This document shows, one piece after another, positions 19,018-30,185 of a stretch of DNA of 64,000 nt. A program made the translations under genes and the position numbers. The DNA lies in contig DHGE01000048.1 in assembly GCA_002402635.1 (NCBI GenBank), positions 5,154 through 69,153 of the forward strand. Direction: 5' to 3'. The notes beneath the pieces are model-generated. The model saw only the letters and a program-made list of their open reading frames with translations, did not search any database and was not told the DNA's origin. The stretch is from Deferribacterales bacterium UBA4806. GTDB lineage: Bacteria > Chrysiogenota > Deferribacteres > Deferribacterales > UBA228. The number at the start of each line of letters is the position of its first letter. Position 1 is the first letter of the stretch.

Positions 19018-22000
19018 CTATACTACAGAAAGGTCTTCTTTCTTTAAAGAGTATATCCCAGAAACACCTGGTTCCTTCATTGTAATACCATAAATGTTAT
19101 CTGATTCCAACATTGTATTATAATTATGACTAATTATAAAAAATTGCGTATCCGTTGATAAAGTTTTAACAATATGTAGAAATCTACCTATGTTTGCGTC
19201 ATCTAGAGGAGCATCTACTTCATCTAAAAAGCAAAAGGGCGCTTTCCTATATAAGAAAAACGCAAACAAAAGAGCACATGACATTAACGCCTTTTCTCCA
19301 CCTGAAAGTAAATTCATATTTTGTAGTTTTTTTCCAGGAGGTTGTATATAAATTTCAATACCTGAATTTAATAAATCTTCTTCCTTTAATACTTTTATAT
19401 CTGCAGATCCTCCATTAAAAAGTATTTTAACTACTTTTTTAAAGTTTTCTTTAACCTCATGAAAGGTGTTGTTAAATCTATTGATAGATTCTTTATCAAA
19501 GTTATATATCATTTCAGTTATTTTTTCCATTGCACCTTCTAGATCTTTAATTTGATTTTTTAAAAATAATGAGCGATCTTCTAATTTCTTATATTCAATT
19601 TCGGCACCCATATTGATAGGCCCTAAATTATTAATCTCCGCTTCAATATTTAATAACTTTTCGTTAAGTTCTTTTAGATTTTCATTCTTATAATAATTAC
19701 TAAATTCATCATTAATACTAATATTATAAAGCTGCATATATTGTATCTCTAAATTATCTTTATCACTTAATAACTTAGCCTCATTAATTAGATACTTATT
19801 ATATTTCATTTCTAATTCTTTAATATCACAATTGAATTTATCAATTTGTGTTTTTATTTCTTTAATATTAGAATTTAAATCTTCTATTTCTAGCATTATA
19901 TTATTGTTATATTCATTGATAGATTCATTGTTTTTTTTCAAAACTACTATCTTTTCTTCTATTTCAACTAACAACTTTTCAGACTCTATTAATAACTCAT
20001 CATATTTTCTTAATTTATTTTCCAGTTCATACTGTTCGTTTGATAACTTATCAATATTGATCTTGTTTTCATTGTACATTTTATCTGATATTTCAAGTTC
20101 TTTACTAATTTCTCTATATTTTATTGTTAAATTCATTAATATATCATTTAAATCTATATATTCCTTGTTTATTTCATCAATATTAGACCTAATAGCTTTG
20201 TATTCATTATCTAAATCCAAAAGTAGTGAATTAGTATTGTTCTTATTGCTTATTTCTTTTTCGATTAATAATCTGTAATTTGTTAATTCACCAACTAATC
20301 TATTCTCGTCTTTTTCAACTGTTGTGTAACGTATTATCAATTTATTTATCTCTCTATCATAATTGCTTCTTTCATTTTTTAACTTTTCTAACATAATAGT
20401 TACTTCATTAATTTGCTTTAAATCTTCTTGCAATGAACTCTCATTAACTTGTAATTTATTAGTTATATTATCTAAAAGTTTTTTTATACTACTAATCTCA
20501 TTATCTACTTTTACTTTTTGCATTTCCAAGATTTTTAATTCTTCTTTATATTTCATTAAATTTTCTCTACTATCATTCATTTTTTTACCGATATAATAAA
20601 GTCCATTATATATAAGGTTTCTACTGATACTATTTACTGGATTCATCTTTATTTTGTTTAGAAATACTTCAAGCTCGTTTTCAAATATAAATTTAATTGG
20701 CCAATATTCTTTATCATACATATCAATTAAATCTTTTTTTATTTCATCTTTAAAAATAATAATATCTCCATAACAGATAACTTCAGATGTGTTCTTTAGT
20801 TCAATTCTATCAATTAATGTTGTAAATGGATATTGATCAATAAATTTCTTATATTCCTTTGATTCACCAATAATAGTTTGTTCTATTAAATTTTTTAGCA
20901 GGACACTTCTATTTTCAAAATCTCGTTTAATATTATTCATATCATTTAACTTAGAACATTCTTTATCATAGGTACTTTTAATTTTATTAATCTCTATTTG
21001 CTTGTTATTATATTGGGTTTTTAAGTCTTGATATTTCTCATTTATATTACCTTCCCTGATCAAAATATCATTAATTCTATTTACATAATCATTCTTTTCG
21101 GTTTCAATATACTCTTTTTCTTTTTTAATTCTCATTAGCTCTTTTTCTATATTTTTTACATATATGTCTTTCTCATAGAGGCTCTGATCAATCCTTTTTG
21201 CTTCATCCATAAGTTTATAAATCTTTTTATTAATCTCTTTTGCTTTGTTCTGTTTTTCGCTTATGCATTTACTTAAATCTCTTTGTTTGAAATCGAGTTT
21301 TTCTTTATTATTTTTAATATCTAGGAATTCTGTATGTAATTTATCTAAACTATCTTTTAATAATCTTTGTTTTTCAATTTTTTCATTAAGTTCAACTTTT
21401 AATATCTTGATTCTTTCTTTTATTTTAAAAGATTCTTCCTTATATAAAAAAATTTTTTCATCTGTTAGTTTTTTTTGATTCTTGTTTTTATCAATTTCAT
21501 TTCTAATTATATAAGATCTCTCTTTCATAACTTCATATTCTTTTTCTAAAGTGTTCAATTTACTTAGTTTCTCATTATACAATTTCAATAACATAGTATG
21601 CTCATTTTCAACGGTTAATTTTCTCTCAAATAAAATCTTTTTAGCCTCTGATAATTTTCCCAACCCGTCTAGTATGTTCTTATAATTAATTGAAAATACC
21701 GTTTTATGAATAATCTTTTTATCATTTACTAATTGTTTATATTTTTTTAATTCATCGATTTGTATAGTAAATAATTTTTTGTTTTCTTCCACTTCTATAT
21801 ATATATCTTTAATTCTTTCTAAATTATTTTTTGTGTGTTCAAGTTTTTTTTGTGCTTCTTTTTTTTTATCTTTATAATTTATTATGCCAGAAAATTCTTC
21901 AAATATTTCTCTCAGCTCTTCTGGATCAGCTTGAACAATCTTATCAACTTTGCCCTGCTCGATTAAAATAATACTTTTATAGCTAACTCCAACATCATAG

Positions 22001-22392
22001 AAAAATTCCTTAATATCCTTTAATCTACAATTTTTATTATTTATATAATATTCTCTTTCGCCTGTCCTATAATATTTACGTGTAATTGAAATTTCAGAAA
22101 GAACTCCCCACTTTTCAGATATAGCATCTTCTAAATCAGTTAATGTTAATGTTGCTGATGCAACGTTCGATGGTTCTCTAGTTTTAGAACCATTAAAAAG
22201 AATATCATCTATATCCCCACCCCTTAATTCTTTAACATTTTGTTCACCCATTATCCATTTGATTGCATCAAGTATATTGCTCTTACCTGATCCGTTAGGA
22301 CCTACAATACATGAAATGCCTTTATTAAAAGAAATAATTTCTTTATCTGCGAAAGATTTAAATCCTTGCAGAGTTAAAGTTTTAATACGCAA
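19018..22392 (-). CDS. smc: Chromosome partition protein SMC
   Basis: 1124 aa with a TTG start. N-terminal Walker A GPNGSGKSNILDA, very long coiled-coil arms with a central hinge, and a C-terminal LSGGEKAL signature with FCFLDEVDAPLD Walker B. Confidence 0.92.
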   Translation of the reverse strand: MRIKTLTLQGFKSFADKEIISFNKGISCIVGPNGSGKSNILDAIKWIMGEQNVKELRGGDIDDILFNGSKTREPSNVASATLTLTDLEDAISEKWGVLSEISITRKYYRTGEREYYINNKNCRLKDIKEFFYDVGVSYKSIILIEQGKVDKIVQADPEELREIFEEFSGIINYKDKKKEAQKKLEHTKNNLERIKDIYIEVEENKKLFTIQIDELKKYKQLVNDKKIIHKTVFSINYKNILDGLGKLSEAKKILFERKLTVENEHTMLLKLYNEKLSKLNTLEKEYEVMKERSYIIRNEIDKNKNQKKLTDEKIFLYKEESFKIKERIKILKVELNEKIEKQRLLKDSLDKLHTEFLDIKNNKEKLDFKQRDLSKCISEKQNKAKEINKKIYKLMDEAKRIDQSLYEKDIYVKNIEKELMRIKKEKEYIETEKNDYVNRINDILIREGNINEKYQDLKTQYNNKQIEINKIKSTYDKECSKLNDMNNIKRDFENRSVLLKNLIEQTIIGESKEYKKFIDQYPFTTLIDRIELKNTSEVICYGDIIIFKDEIKKDLIDMYDKEYWPIKFIFENELEVFLNKIKMNPVNSISRNLIYNGLYYIGKKMNDSRENLMKYKEELKILEMQKVKVDNEISSIKKLLDNITNKLQVNESSLQEDLKQINEVTIMLEKLKNERSNYDREINKLIIRYTTVEKDENRLVGELTNYRLLIEKEISNKNNTNSLLLDLDNEYKAIRSNIDEINKEYIDLNDILMNLTIKYREISKELEISDKMYNENKINIDKLSNEQYELENKLRKYDELLIESEKLLVEIEEKIVVLKKNNESINEYNNNIMLEIEDLNSNIKEIKTQIDKFNCDIKELEMKYNKYLINEAKLLSDKDNLEIQYMQLYNISINDEFSNYYKNENLKELNEKLLNIEAEINNLGPINMGAEIEYKKLEDRSLFLKNQIKDLEGAMEKITEMIYNFDKESINRFNNTFHEVKENFKKVVKILFNGGSADIKVLKEEDLLNSGIEIYIQPPGKKLQNMNLLSGGEKALMSCALLFAFFLYRKAPFCFLDEVDAPLDDANIGRFLHIVKTLSTDTQFFIISHNYNTMLESDNIYGITMKEPGVSGIYSLKKEDLSVV

Positions 22393-22398
22393 AAGAAA

Positions 22399-25062
22399 TT
22401 AACCTTTAATAAGTTCTCTTAAAGTATAAGGCAGAATTCCACCATGTTTATAATATTCCAGTTCTACATCAAGATTAATATCACAAATTACCTCGAATGT
22501 AATACTATACCCCTTCTCATTTTTTGCTTCTATTTTTAGAATACTGCCAGGTTGCAATGATTTCAACCCATATATAGCATATGTTTCACTACCTTCTAAA
22601 TTATATGTTTTATAATTTTCACCCTTTTTAAATCTAAGAGGAAGAACTCCCATACCTATTAAATTTGACCTATGTATTCTTTCAAAGGACTCCGCAATTA
22701 CTGCTTTTACGCCTAATAGTGCTGTTCCCTTGGCAGCCCAGTCTCTAGATGAACCAGATCCATATTCTTTTCCTGCAATTATTATTAATGGGGTATTTTC
22801 TTTTCTATATTTTTCAGCTGCATCGTAAATAAATAGTTCTTCCTTTTCAGGAAATTTTATTGTATAACCTCCCTCTTTTGGAGCAACAAGTAAATTTTTA
22901 ATTCTGACATTTCCAAAAGTTCCTCTAATCATAATATTGTGATTTCCTCTCCTTGAGCCATAAGAATTAAAATCTTCAACTTTAACACCCTTACTAAGTA
23001 AATATGTGCCAGCAGGATAATCAACGGCAATTCTACCAGCTGGAGAAATATGATCTGTTGTTACTGTATCACCTAATAATAATAAAACTCTTGCACCTGT
23101 AATATCATTAATTGGTTGTGGATTGACATCAAAATTATCGAAATATGGTGGATTTTGAATATATGTTGAATTTTCATCCCATTTATAGGTCATAGATTTA
23201 TCAATATCCAGAGAATTCCAGTAATCATCTCCTTTATGTATGACTGCATATTCATAATCAAACATTTTTCTATCTATTGACAATTCAACAAGTTTATTAA
23301 TATCTGTTTCAGTTGGCCAGAGATCCTTCATAAAAACAGGTTCCCCATTAGGGGTAAATCCCACCGGTTCATTAAACAAATCTATATTAATTCTACCAGC
23401 CAGTGCAAAAAGAACTACCAACATTGGCGAAGCTAAAAAGTTAGTTTTAATTGAAGGGTGTATTCTTGCTTCGAAATTCCTGTTGCCTGATAACACTGAC
23501 GCAGTTATTAAATTATTTTTTATAATTTGATCTTCTATTTCTTTCCTTAATGGTCCACTATTGCCAATACACGTTGTACAGCCATAACCAACAATATGAA
23601 ATTTTAATGCCTTCAGATAAGATAATAGCCCTGCTTTTTCAAGATAGTCAAAAACAACCTTAGAACCGGGAGCAAGTGATGTTTTAACATATGCTGGTAC
23701 ATTAAGGCCATATTCAATTGCTTTTTTCGCAATCAGCCCCGCACCAATCATAACGGAAGGATTTGAAGTATTAGTACAAGAGGTAATGGCAGCGATTACA
23801 ATGCTACCATCTTTTAAGGTAATATTATTGCCATCTAAGTCAAAATTAACTGATTTAAGACCATTATCGTTTTTAATTTTCTTTAATATTGATGGAAATT
23901 CTTTTTTTAAATTTTTTACATAGACTCTATCGTGTGGTCTAGAAGGCCCAGCTAGTGAAGGTTCAATCTTTGTTAGATCTACTTCTATAATGTCAGTATA
24001 ATCAGGATCGGTTAGGCCACTATAAAAAAAACCTGCCTTTGTAGAATAAAGCTTGAGCAATTCACTTTCTTGTTTTCTCCCTGTTAATTCTAAATACTCT
24101 ATTGTTCTTTCATCAATTGGAAAAAAATCAACAGTTGCTCCATATTCAGGAGTCATATTAGAAATTGTTGCACGATCTGGCACACTTAGGTTTTTCAAAG
24201 CTGGTCCAAAATACTCCACAAATTTACCAACAACACCATATTCTCTTAATATATGAGCTATATTTAATACTAAGTCAGTAGCTGTAACTCCTCTATTTAA
24301 AGAACCAACAAACTTAACCCCTATGACATCAGGTATAGAAAAATAATACGGTAAACCCAACAATACTGCTTCTGCTTCTATCCCTCCAACTCCCCACCCA
24401 ATTACTGACAATCCATTTATCATAGGCGTATGCGAATCCGTTCCGAGTATAGTATCTGGGACTATAAATTTTTTGTTATTTAGTTTGACTATCTTTGCAA
24501 CTTCAGCTAAATGTTCTAAATTTACTTGATGGCAAATTCCAGCATTTGGAGGAACTATATTAAAATTCGCAAAACTATTTTGAGCCCATTTTAATAACTT
24601 ATATCTTTCTAAATTTCTCTGATATTCTAATTGAACATTTTTATCTAATGAGTCATCTGTTCCATAATAATCTACTTGTATAGAGTGATCTATAACTAGA
24701 TCTACGGTTACAGAAGGATTTATTTTAGAAGGATTAATGTTTGATCTTTTACTTGCATCTCTCATAGAAGTTAGATCAACTACAGCTGGAACACCTGTAA
24801 AATCCTGCATTAGAACCCTTACAGGTTTATATGGTATTTCTTTATCTCTTATATCTTTTGCTTTCCAATGGATCAAATTCATAATATGCTCATCTTTTAT
24901 ATATTTATTATCGTAGTTTCTCACAACATTTTCCAAAAGAATACGAATAGAAAATGGGAGTTTGTTCATATCAACGGACTCTTTAGCATACTTAAATATA
25001 TTATAAAAATAATATTCATTACCTCTAAATGTTATAGTGTCAATTAAATGTTGAACATTCAT
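22399..25062 (-). CDS. acnA: Aconitate hydratase A
   Basis: 887 aa. Aconitase blocks GTDSHTP, CTNTSNP, GCTTCIGNSG, SGNRNFEARIH, and the swivel domain GSSRDWAAKG. Confidence 0.92.
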   Translation of the reverse strand: MNVQHLIDTITFRGNEYYFYNIFKYAKESVDMNKLPFSIRILLENVVRNYDNKYIKDEHIMNLIHWKAKDIRDKEIPYKPVRVLMQDFTGVPAVVDLTSMRDASKRSNINPSKINPSVTVDLVIDHSIQVDYYGTDDSLDKNVQLEYQRNLERYKLLKWAQNSFANFNIVPPNAGICHQVNLEHLAEVAKIVKLNNKKFIVPDTILGTDSHTPMINGLSVIGWGVGGIEAEAVLLGLPYYFSIPDVIGVKFVGSLNRGVTATDLVLNIAHILREYGVVGKFVEYFGPALKNLSVPDRATISNMTPEYGATVDFFPIDERTIEYLELTGRKQESELLKLYSTKAGFFYSGLTDPDYTDIIEVDLTKIEPSLAGPSRPHDRVYVKNLKKEFPSILKKIKNDNGLKSVNFDLDGNNITLKDGSIVIAAITSCTNTSNPSVMIGAGLIAKKAIEYGLNVPAYVKTSLAPGSKVVFDYLEKAGLLSYLKALKFHIVGYGCTTCIGNSGPLRKEIEDQIIKNNLITASVLSGNRNFEARIHPSIKTNFLASPMLVVLFALAGRINIDLFNEPVGFTPNGEPVFMKDLWPTETDINKLVELSIDRKMFDYEYAVIHKGDDYWNSLDIDKSMTYKWDENSTYIQNPPYFDNFDVNPQPINDITGARVLLLLGDTVTTDHISPAGRIAVDYPAGTYLLSKGVKVEDFNSYGSRRGNHNIMIRGTFGNVRIKNLLVAPKEGGYTIKFPEKEELFIYDAAEKYRKENTPLIIIAGKEYGSGSSRDWAAKGTALLGVKAVIAESFERIHRSNLIGMGVLPLRFKKGENYKTYNLEGSETYAIYGLKSLQPGSILKIEAKNEKGYSITFEVICDINLDVELEYYKHGGILPYTLRELIKG

Positions 25063-25073
25063 TTTTTCCTCCT

Positions 25074-26819
25074 TTAATGGAAATATACATCTGAAGCGTT
25101 TTTTTCAATAAATTTTGATAGTTCTTCTTCAGATTCTCTTGCAATTTTATTCTTTTTCAATTTTTTTATTAAGTTTTTACATTCCTTTATAGAAATTCTT
25201 CTAATAATCATTTTCGCTCTAAGAAGATAAGCAGGAGACATGCTAAAATTCCTATAACCTAACCCTAATAATTCTGCAATATATTTTGGTTCACCAGCTA
25301 TTTCTCCACATACGGTTACATTAATCTTATTTTTTTCTGCAGCTTTCAATATTTTTTCTAAAAGAATTAATATTGCCAAATGTGTCGGCCTGTATAAATA
25401 TGATACATCTGCATTTCCTCTATCTATACCCAAAGTATATTGTATTAAGTCATTACTCCCCACACTAAAGAAATCAACCTCTTGAGCAGCTATATCAGCA
25501 ATCAAAGCTAACGATGGTATTTCAACCATAACTCCGATAGGTATATTATGTTTAAATGCTATTTTTTCTTGAATTAATTCTTTTTTTACTTTTTCAATGA
25601 TTTCCTTCGTTAACCTTATTTCTTCAATACCAGAAATCATTGGCAACATCATACTTACTTCGCCAAAGGTAGCTGCTCTTAAAATTGCTCTTAATTGTTT
25701 TTTAAAAAAATCTTCATGTCTCAATGAGTATCTTATAGCCCTCAAACCTAAAGCAGGATTTTTCTCTTTGTTATGTGGCAACAAATTACTTAATTTTTCT
25801 CCACCTAAGTCAAAGGTTCTAATAACTATAGGTTTATTGTTGTTTATCAATATTGCGTTTTTTAATATTTCAAATTGTTCTTCTTCACTAATATCTCCTT
25901 TAGCAAGATACATAAATTCTGTTCTATAAAGTCCAACACCTTTAGCATGATATTCGTTAGATAATTTTATTTCTTCGCTAATTTCAATATTTGAATACAA
26001 ATTTACTTCAACTCCATCTGAAGTTGTTACGGTTTCATCTTTTAACTTATCAAGTTCTTTAATATAACTAATATAGCGCTTTTCTTTATTTTTATAAATT
26101 TTTAAAGTTTCTCTATCAGGCCTAACAATAACTTTACCTTGGAAACCATCTAAGATTACCGTATCCCCATTATCTACATTTTCACATAAATCTGATACGC
26201 CAACAACTACAGGTATACCAAAGGATCTTGCCAATATAGAAGTATGAGAAGTTTTTGAGCCTCTTTCAGTCGCAAACCCCTTAATTTTCCTGTTTATTAA
26301 CACTGTTGCATCTGTCGGTGAAATATCATATGATATAACAATTTCATTTTCATTTATGCCATCTAATATTTTTTCCACATGGTTGCCAACCATCTCATTA
26401 ATTAATTTCCTACCTATATGTTCGAAGTCATAACTTCTCTCTTTAAAGTATCCATCATTGATATTTCTAAATGATTTTATTATTTTATTTATAACTATTG
26501 AAACTGCTAATTCAGCATTCATTAATCTTTTCTCTATAAATTTTATAACTTCAGCAATAAATTTTTTATCTTCCAAGAACATTAAATAAACATCAAATAT
26601 ATATAATTGCTCAGTAGCCATAGATTGTTTAGAGGTTCTTTTAATAGACAGGAAATATTCTTTTGTATTTTTAAGAGCCTCATAAAATTTTTCTTTTTCT
26701 TTTTCAATATCAGATAATTTTATTTTATATCTTGGAACTTTTAGGGAATCCTTCACTAACAAAAATGCTTTTCCTATGACAATTCCTTCAGAAGAAGGTT
26801 GTCCAAGAAGCTCTATCAT
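25074..26819 (-). CDS. ptsI: Phosphoenolpyruvate-protein phosphotransferase (PTS enzyme I)
   Basis: 581 aa. Phosphohistidine region GSKTSHTSILARS and PEP-utiliser barrel motifs GLYRTEF and FFSVGSNDLIQYT. There is no N-terminal GAF domain. Confidence 0.92.
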   Translation of the reverse strand: MIELLGQPSSEGIVIGKAFLLVKDSLKVPRYKIKLSDIEKEKEKFYEALKNTKEYFLSIKRTSKQSMATEQLYIFDVYLMFLEDKKFIAEVIKFIEKRLMNAELAVSIVINKIIKSFRNINDGYFKERSYDFEHIGRKLINEMVGNHVEKILDGINENEIVISYDISPTDATVLINRKIKGFATERGSKTSHTSILARSFGIPVVVGVSDLCENVDNGDTVILDGFQGKVIVRPDRETLKIYKNKEKRYISYIKELDKLKDETVTTSDGVEVNLYSNIEISEEIKLSNEYHAKGVGLYRTEFMYLAKGDISEEEQFEILKNAILINNNKPIVIRTFDLGGEKLSNLLPHNKEKNPALGLRAIRYSLRHEDFFKKQLRAILRAATFGEVSMMLPMISGIEEIRLTKEIIEKVKKELIQEKIAFKHNIPIGVMVEIPSLALIADIAAQEVDFFSVGSNDLIQYTLGIDRGNADVSYLYRPTHLAILILLEKILKAAEKNKINVTVCGEIAGEPKYIAELLGLGYRNFSMSPAYLLRAKMIIRRISIKECKNLIKKLKKNKIARESEEELSKFIEKNASDVYFH

Positions 26820-27091
26820 TTCTCTTCACCAAATTTATTTTCAACTAATAATTTCAAAACTTTAGTAGCCTCAGCAGAATCATCTCCCTTTGCGATAATC
26901 TCCAAAGTACTTCCTTTAGGAGCTGCAAGCATCATTAAACTCATTATACTTTTCCCTTCAGCTTTAATGCCATCTTTAATAACAATTATTTCTGAGTCAA
27001 ATTTATTTGCTTCCTTAACAAATAAAGCAGCCGCTCTCGCATGCAAACCCAATTCATTTACAATAACTACATCAACCTTAGATTCATTCAT
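26816..27091 (-). CDS. ptsH: Phosphocarrier protein HPr
   Basis: 91 aa. The His-15 site GLHARAA and the Ser-46 site GKSIMSLM are both present. Confidence 0.9.
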   Translation of the reverse strand: MNESKVDVVIVNELGLHARAAALFVKEANKFDSEIIVIKDGIKAEGKSIMSLMMLAAPKGSTLEIIAKGDDSAEATKVLKLLVENKFGEEK

Positions 27092-27834
27092 TAATAAACT
27101 CGTATCACCATATTAATTAACAATAAAGTTGTATAAAGCAACAAAGCAAGTGAAATATTTATCTTTTTTACAATTAATAACGTTAGCAAAAAGACAATTG
27201 CAAAAATCAGCAAAATACTCATGTTAAGATTCTGAACCTCGATTTTTAAAAGCATAGAAAGAAATATACCCATAGAAAATAAAATCACCACTTCACCAAC
27301 TGTGTTCCATTTCGTAAATTTTATTTTATTAAACCACTCAATTGCATTTCTTCCATAATAATATCCTATATCAAAACCGTTGTATAAAAAATAAAAATGA
27401 AAAATATTAAAAAAAACAATATAGAATATTAAGCTTAAAAGTGGACTATAAAAAACAATAATTGCTGACAATACGAACGTTAAAGGTTTTAAAGTATGCC
27501 AAAAAAATCTATCACCTAATGCTGACAACGCAGGTCCATAAATTTTTCTTGTGTAATTTGGATCAATATTATTTTTAAACTCTTTACACCATATGCCTAA
27601 AATAAAAGTTATTAGGAAAGGGTTTGTGTTGAAATATCCTGTAGTTTTTCTTAGAAGCTCTTTTGCTATTCCAATTTTGTGTTTTGTATTGATGTAGTCT
27701 AATAAATAATAAAATCCAGTGCCTTGCATATTATCATAATTCCAATTCCCCTGATAAACTAAACTTTTAAGTAATAACTTAAACTTCTCTATTTTTTTTA
27801 TTATACTATTAACCATCCTATTAAAAATCCACAC
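27091..27834 (-). CDS. PTS mannose/fructose/sorbose-family EIID component
   Basis: 247 aa. The N-terminal QGNWNYDNMQGTGFYY matches the IID swNyErmQnxGf block, and FNTNP plus several TM segments follow. It is shorter than E. coli ManZ. Confidence 0.7.
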   Translation of the reverse strand: MWIFNRMVNSIIKKIEKFKLLLKSLVYQGNWNYDNMQGTGFYYLLDYINTKHKIGIAKELLRKTTGYFNTNPFLITFILGIWCKEFKNNIDPNYTRKIYGPALSALGDRFFWHTLKPLTFVLSAIIVFYSPLLSLIFYIVFFNIFHFYFLYNGFDIGYYYGRNAIEWFNKIKFTKWNTVGEVVILFSMGIFLSMLLKIEVQNLNMSILLIFAIVFLLTLLIVKKINISLALLLYTTLLLINMVIRVY

Positions 27835-28445
27835 AGTAAAAAGAAATATTTTTTATAACCAAATATTTCAAAATAATCTATAAAATATGCTGTAGCTACT
27901 GTTATTAAAATACATGCATAAAGTCCAATATTATAATCAGCTTCTAATGAAACAAAGTTTAGTAATATAATAAGCAATATAGCTCCAAGATTATATACAA
28001 CTATTCCTTTAAGAAAGGATATAGCAATACCTAAAGATATTAAATAATTAGGCTTAAATGTAATGTGGTTTTCAACTTTGTTGTATAACACTCTATTAAT
28101 TTTCCTCGTATATCCTTCAGCAAGAGTTGCAAAATACATTAAAACTAAACTTAATAAAACCATCAAAAGGAAGTTTAATGAATTATTAACACTACCAAAA
28201 GCAATTGCTATAGAGGAACAATATGTTGCAAATGAGTCATCTTTTGGTATATGTGTACCTACTGGGATATCAATAACACCATATAATTCATAAAGTATTC
28301 CTGTTAGAATAATCACACTACTGTTTTCAACAAACAAATAAAATATAAGTGAAATTACAATTGGTCTTGATATCATTAAATTTAAGGCATTATTTCTATC
28401 TATTGAAATAATGCCTGTCAATAATATCAAAAATAAATAAATCAT
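27801..28445 (-). CDS. PTS mannose-family EIIC component
   Basis: 214 aa polytopic membrane protein. The ISRPIVISLI and ILYELYGVIDIPVGTHIPKDD blocks resemble the ManY family. It lies between the IIB and IID genes. Confidence 0.65.
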   Translation of the reverse strand: MIYLFLILLTGIISIDRNNALNLMISRPIVISLIFYLFVENSSVIILTGILYELYGVIDIPVGTHIPKDDSFATYCSSIAIAFGSVNNSLNFLLMVLLSLVLMYFATLAEGYTRKINRVLYNKVENHITFKPNYLISLGIAISFLKGIVVYNLGAILLIILLNFVSLEADYNIGLYACILITVATAYFIDYFEIFGYKKYFFLLCGFLIGWLIV

Positions 28446-28936
28446 TATTTCATTTCCTTTAAAAAGGTGTAAAAATTCTTTATCTCAATATTTGTATCCC
28501 ATGGCAGTTTTTTTATATAAATATTATATTTTTCTCTTAATTCAGATAATTTTCGTAATTCTTCTAAATCTAAAAATACAGTGTCAGTTATTTCTATTTT
28601 ATGCTCTCTTGAAGCGACACAACCAATATTGATATAAATTTTCTCAGTTATCAAGTCTCTTAAATCATATAAATCTTTTATATTTTCAAAAAGCACAAGT
28701 GTATGATTGTCAAATATTTCTCCACTGAAAAAAGTCCTAAATGTTTTCTTGTTAAATATTTCCAAATTACAATAATCTGGTAAGACACTATTATAAATAA
28801 GTTCTTGTAGAACATCACCATATATCCTATCATTAACTATATATATATGACTAATTTTATAATACTTTATCCAACCTTCAATAACCTGACCATGAATAAG
28901 TCTATCATCAACTCTAAATATGATTTTTTTTTGCAT
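28445..28936 (-). CDS. PTS mannose-family EIIB component
   Basis: 163 aa. N-terminal RVDDRLIHGQV contains the phosphorylated His of IIB(Man). Confidence 0.8.
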   Translation of the reverse strand: MQKKIIFRVDDRLIHGQVIEGWIKYYKISHIYIVNDRIYGDVLQELIYNSVLPDYCNLEIFNKKTFRTFFSGEIFDNHTLVLFENIKDLYDLRDLITEKIYINIGCVASREHKIEITDTVFLDLEELRKLSELREKYNIYIKKLPWDTNIEIKNFYTFLKEMK

Positions 28937-29330
28937 GTCCTAGCAATTCCTTGGCAATTCTTATACTGCTTTTCCCTGCTTCTGCACAGGACTTACTAAT
29001 TTCGCTAATAGATTCACTTTCTTGCCTTAATGCAAATGCCTTTATTAACATTGGTAAGTTTACCCCTGTAATAACTTCTACATCTTCGTTCTTCAAATAT
29101 GACATTGCAATGTTAGATGGTGATCCTCCAAACATATCAGTAAAAATAATAATTCCATTCTCTTTACTGTTTTCTATAATTTTATCAAGCTCATCTGCAA
29201 TATTTTGCAATGAGGCACCAGTTTGCACAGTAATAATATAAACTCTATCTTGTTTTCCTATAATCATTTCACATGTTTTTAAAAGCTCTAAAGCTAAAGA
29301 CCCGTGCGTTATTATAATATATTCAATCAT
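28914..29330 (-). CDS. PTS mannose-family EIIA component
   Basis: 138 aa. N-terminal IIITHGSLA (active-site His) and a DMFGGSP block. Confidence 0.8.
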   Translation of the reverse strand: MIEYIIITHGSLALELLKTCEMIIGKQDRVYIITVQTGASLQNIADELDKIIENSKENGIIIFTDMFGGSPSNIAMSYLKNEDVEVITGVNLPMLIKAFALRQESESISEISKSCAEAGKSSIRIAKELLGHAKKNHI

Positions 29331-29334
29331 TTTT

Positions 29335-30183
29335 TCACCTATTAATATCTCTATGTTTTATTATTAAATTTCCAAGATTCTCCTTGAACAAATATTCATA
29401 TATCTTTTTTGTTAATACCACTGATCTATGTTTTCCACCTGTACATCCTATAGATAGAGTTAAATATTTTTTTCCTTCCTTAATATACAAGGGTATTAAA
29501 AAGTCCATTAGTTCATATATTTTATTTAAAAATACCAGCGTATTCTCATCATTGATAACATATTGGATAACTTCTTCATTTTCACCATCAAAATCTTTTA
29601 ATTTATCCACAAAATGTGGGTTATTCAAAAATCTAACATCAAATACTAAATCAGAATCTTGGGGTATACCATATTTAAATCCAAATGATTGGATAACTAT
29701 ATTGATTTTCTTGTTAAGATCTAGATTAAATAATTCTTCTACTTTTGAACTTAATTCGTGTACGTTCAGCTCTGAAGTATCAATTATGATATCAGAAATA
29801 CTTTTTAAATTGATCAACAAATCCCTCTCTAAAGCAATAACACTAGTTATATTATCGCCAAGAGGATGTTTCCTTCTTGTCTCTTTAAATCGCTTTATTA
29901 AAGCTTCTTCAGAAGCTTCTAAAAATATAATATATAAATTATACTTATATTTTAAATTTTTAATAATATCAAACAAATTTTCTAAAGTTAAACTCCTTAT
30001 GTCAACTGTTAAAGCAACTTTATCAAGTTTTGATTTATAACCAAAAACAACCTCCACAAATTTTGGTATTAGCATAATTGGTAAATTATCAACTGTATAA
30101 TAGCCCAAGTCTTCGAGAGTATTTGATACAGTCGATTTTCCAGCCCCAGAAAGTCCAGTTATAATTACAAAATTTTTTTTCAT
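29335..30183 (-). CDS. rapZ: RNase adapter protein RapZ (YhbJ/YvcJ family)
   Basis: 282 aa. Walker A GLSGAGKST and a C-terminal GCTGGKHRSV block. It occupies the conserved position after ptsN/hprK. Confidence 0.88.
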   Translation of the reverse strand: MKKNFVIITGLSGAGKSTVSNTLEDLGYYTVDNLPIMLIPKFVEVVFGYKSKLDKVALTVDIRSLTLENLFDIIKNLKYKYNLYIIFLEASEEALIKRFKETRRKHPLGDNITSVIALERDLLINLKSISDIIIDTSELNVHELSSKVEELFNLDLNKKINIVIQSFGFKYGIPQDSDLVFDVRFLNNPHFVDKLKDFDGENEEVIQYVINDENTLVFLNKIYELMDFLIPLYIKEGKKYLTLSIGCTGGKHRSVVLTKKIYEYLFKENLGNLIIKHRDINR

Positions 30184-30185
30184 AT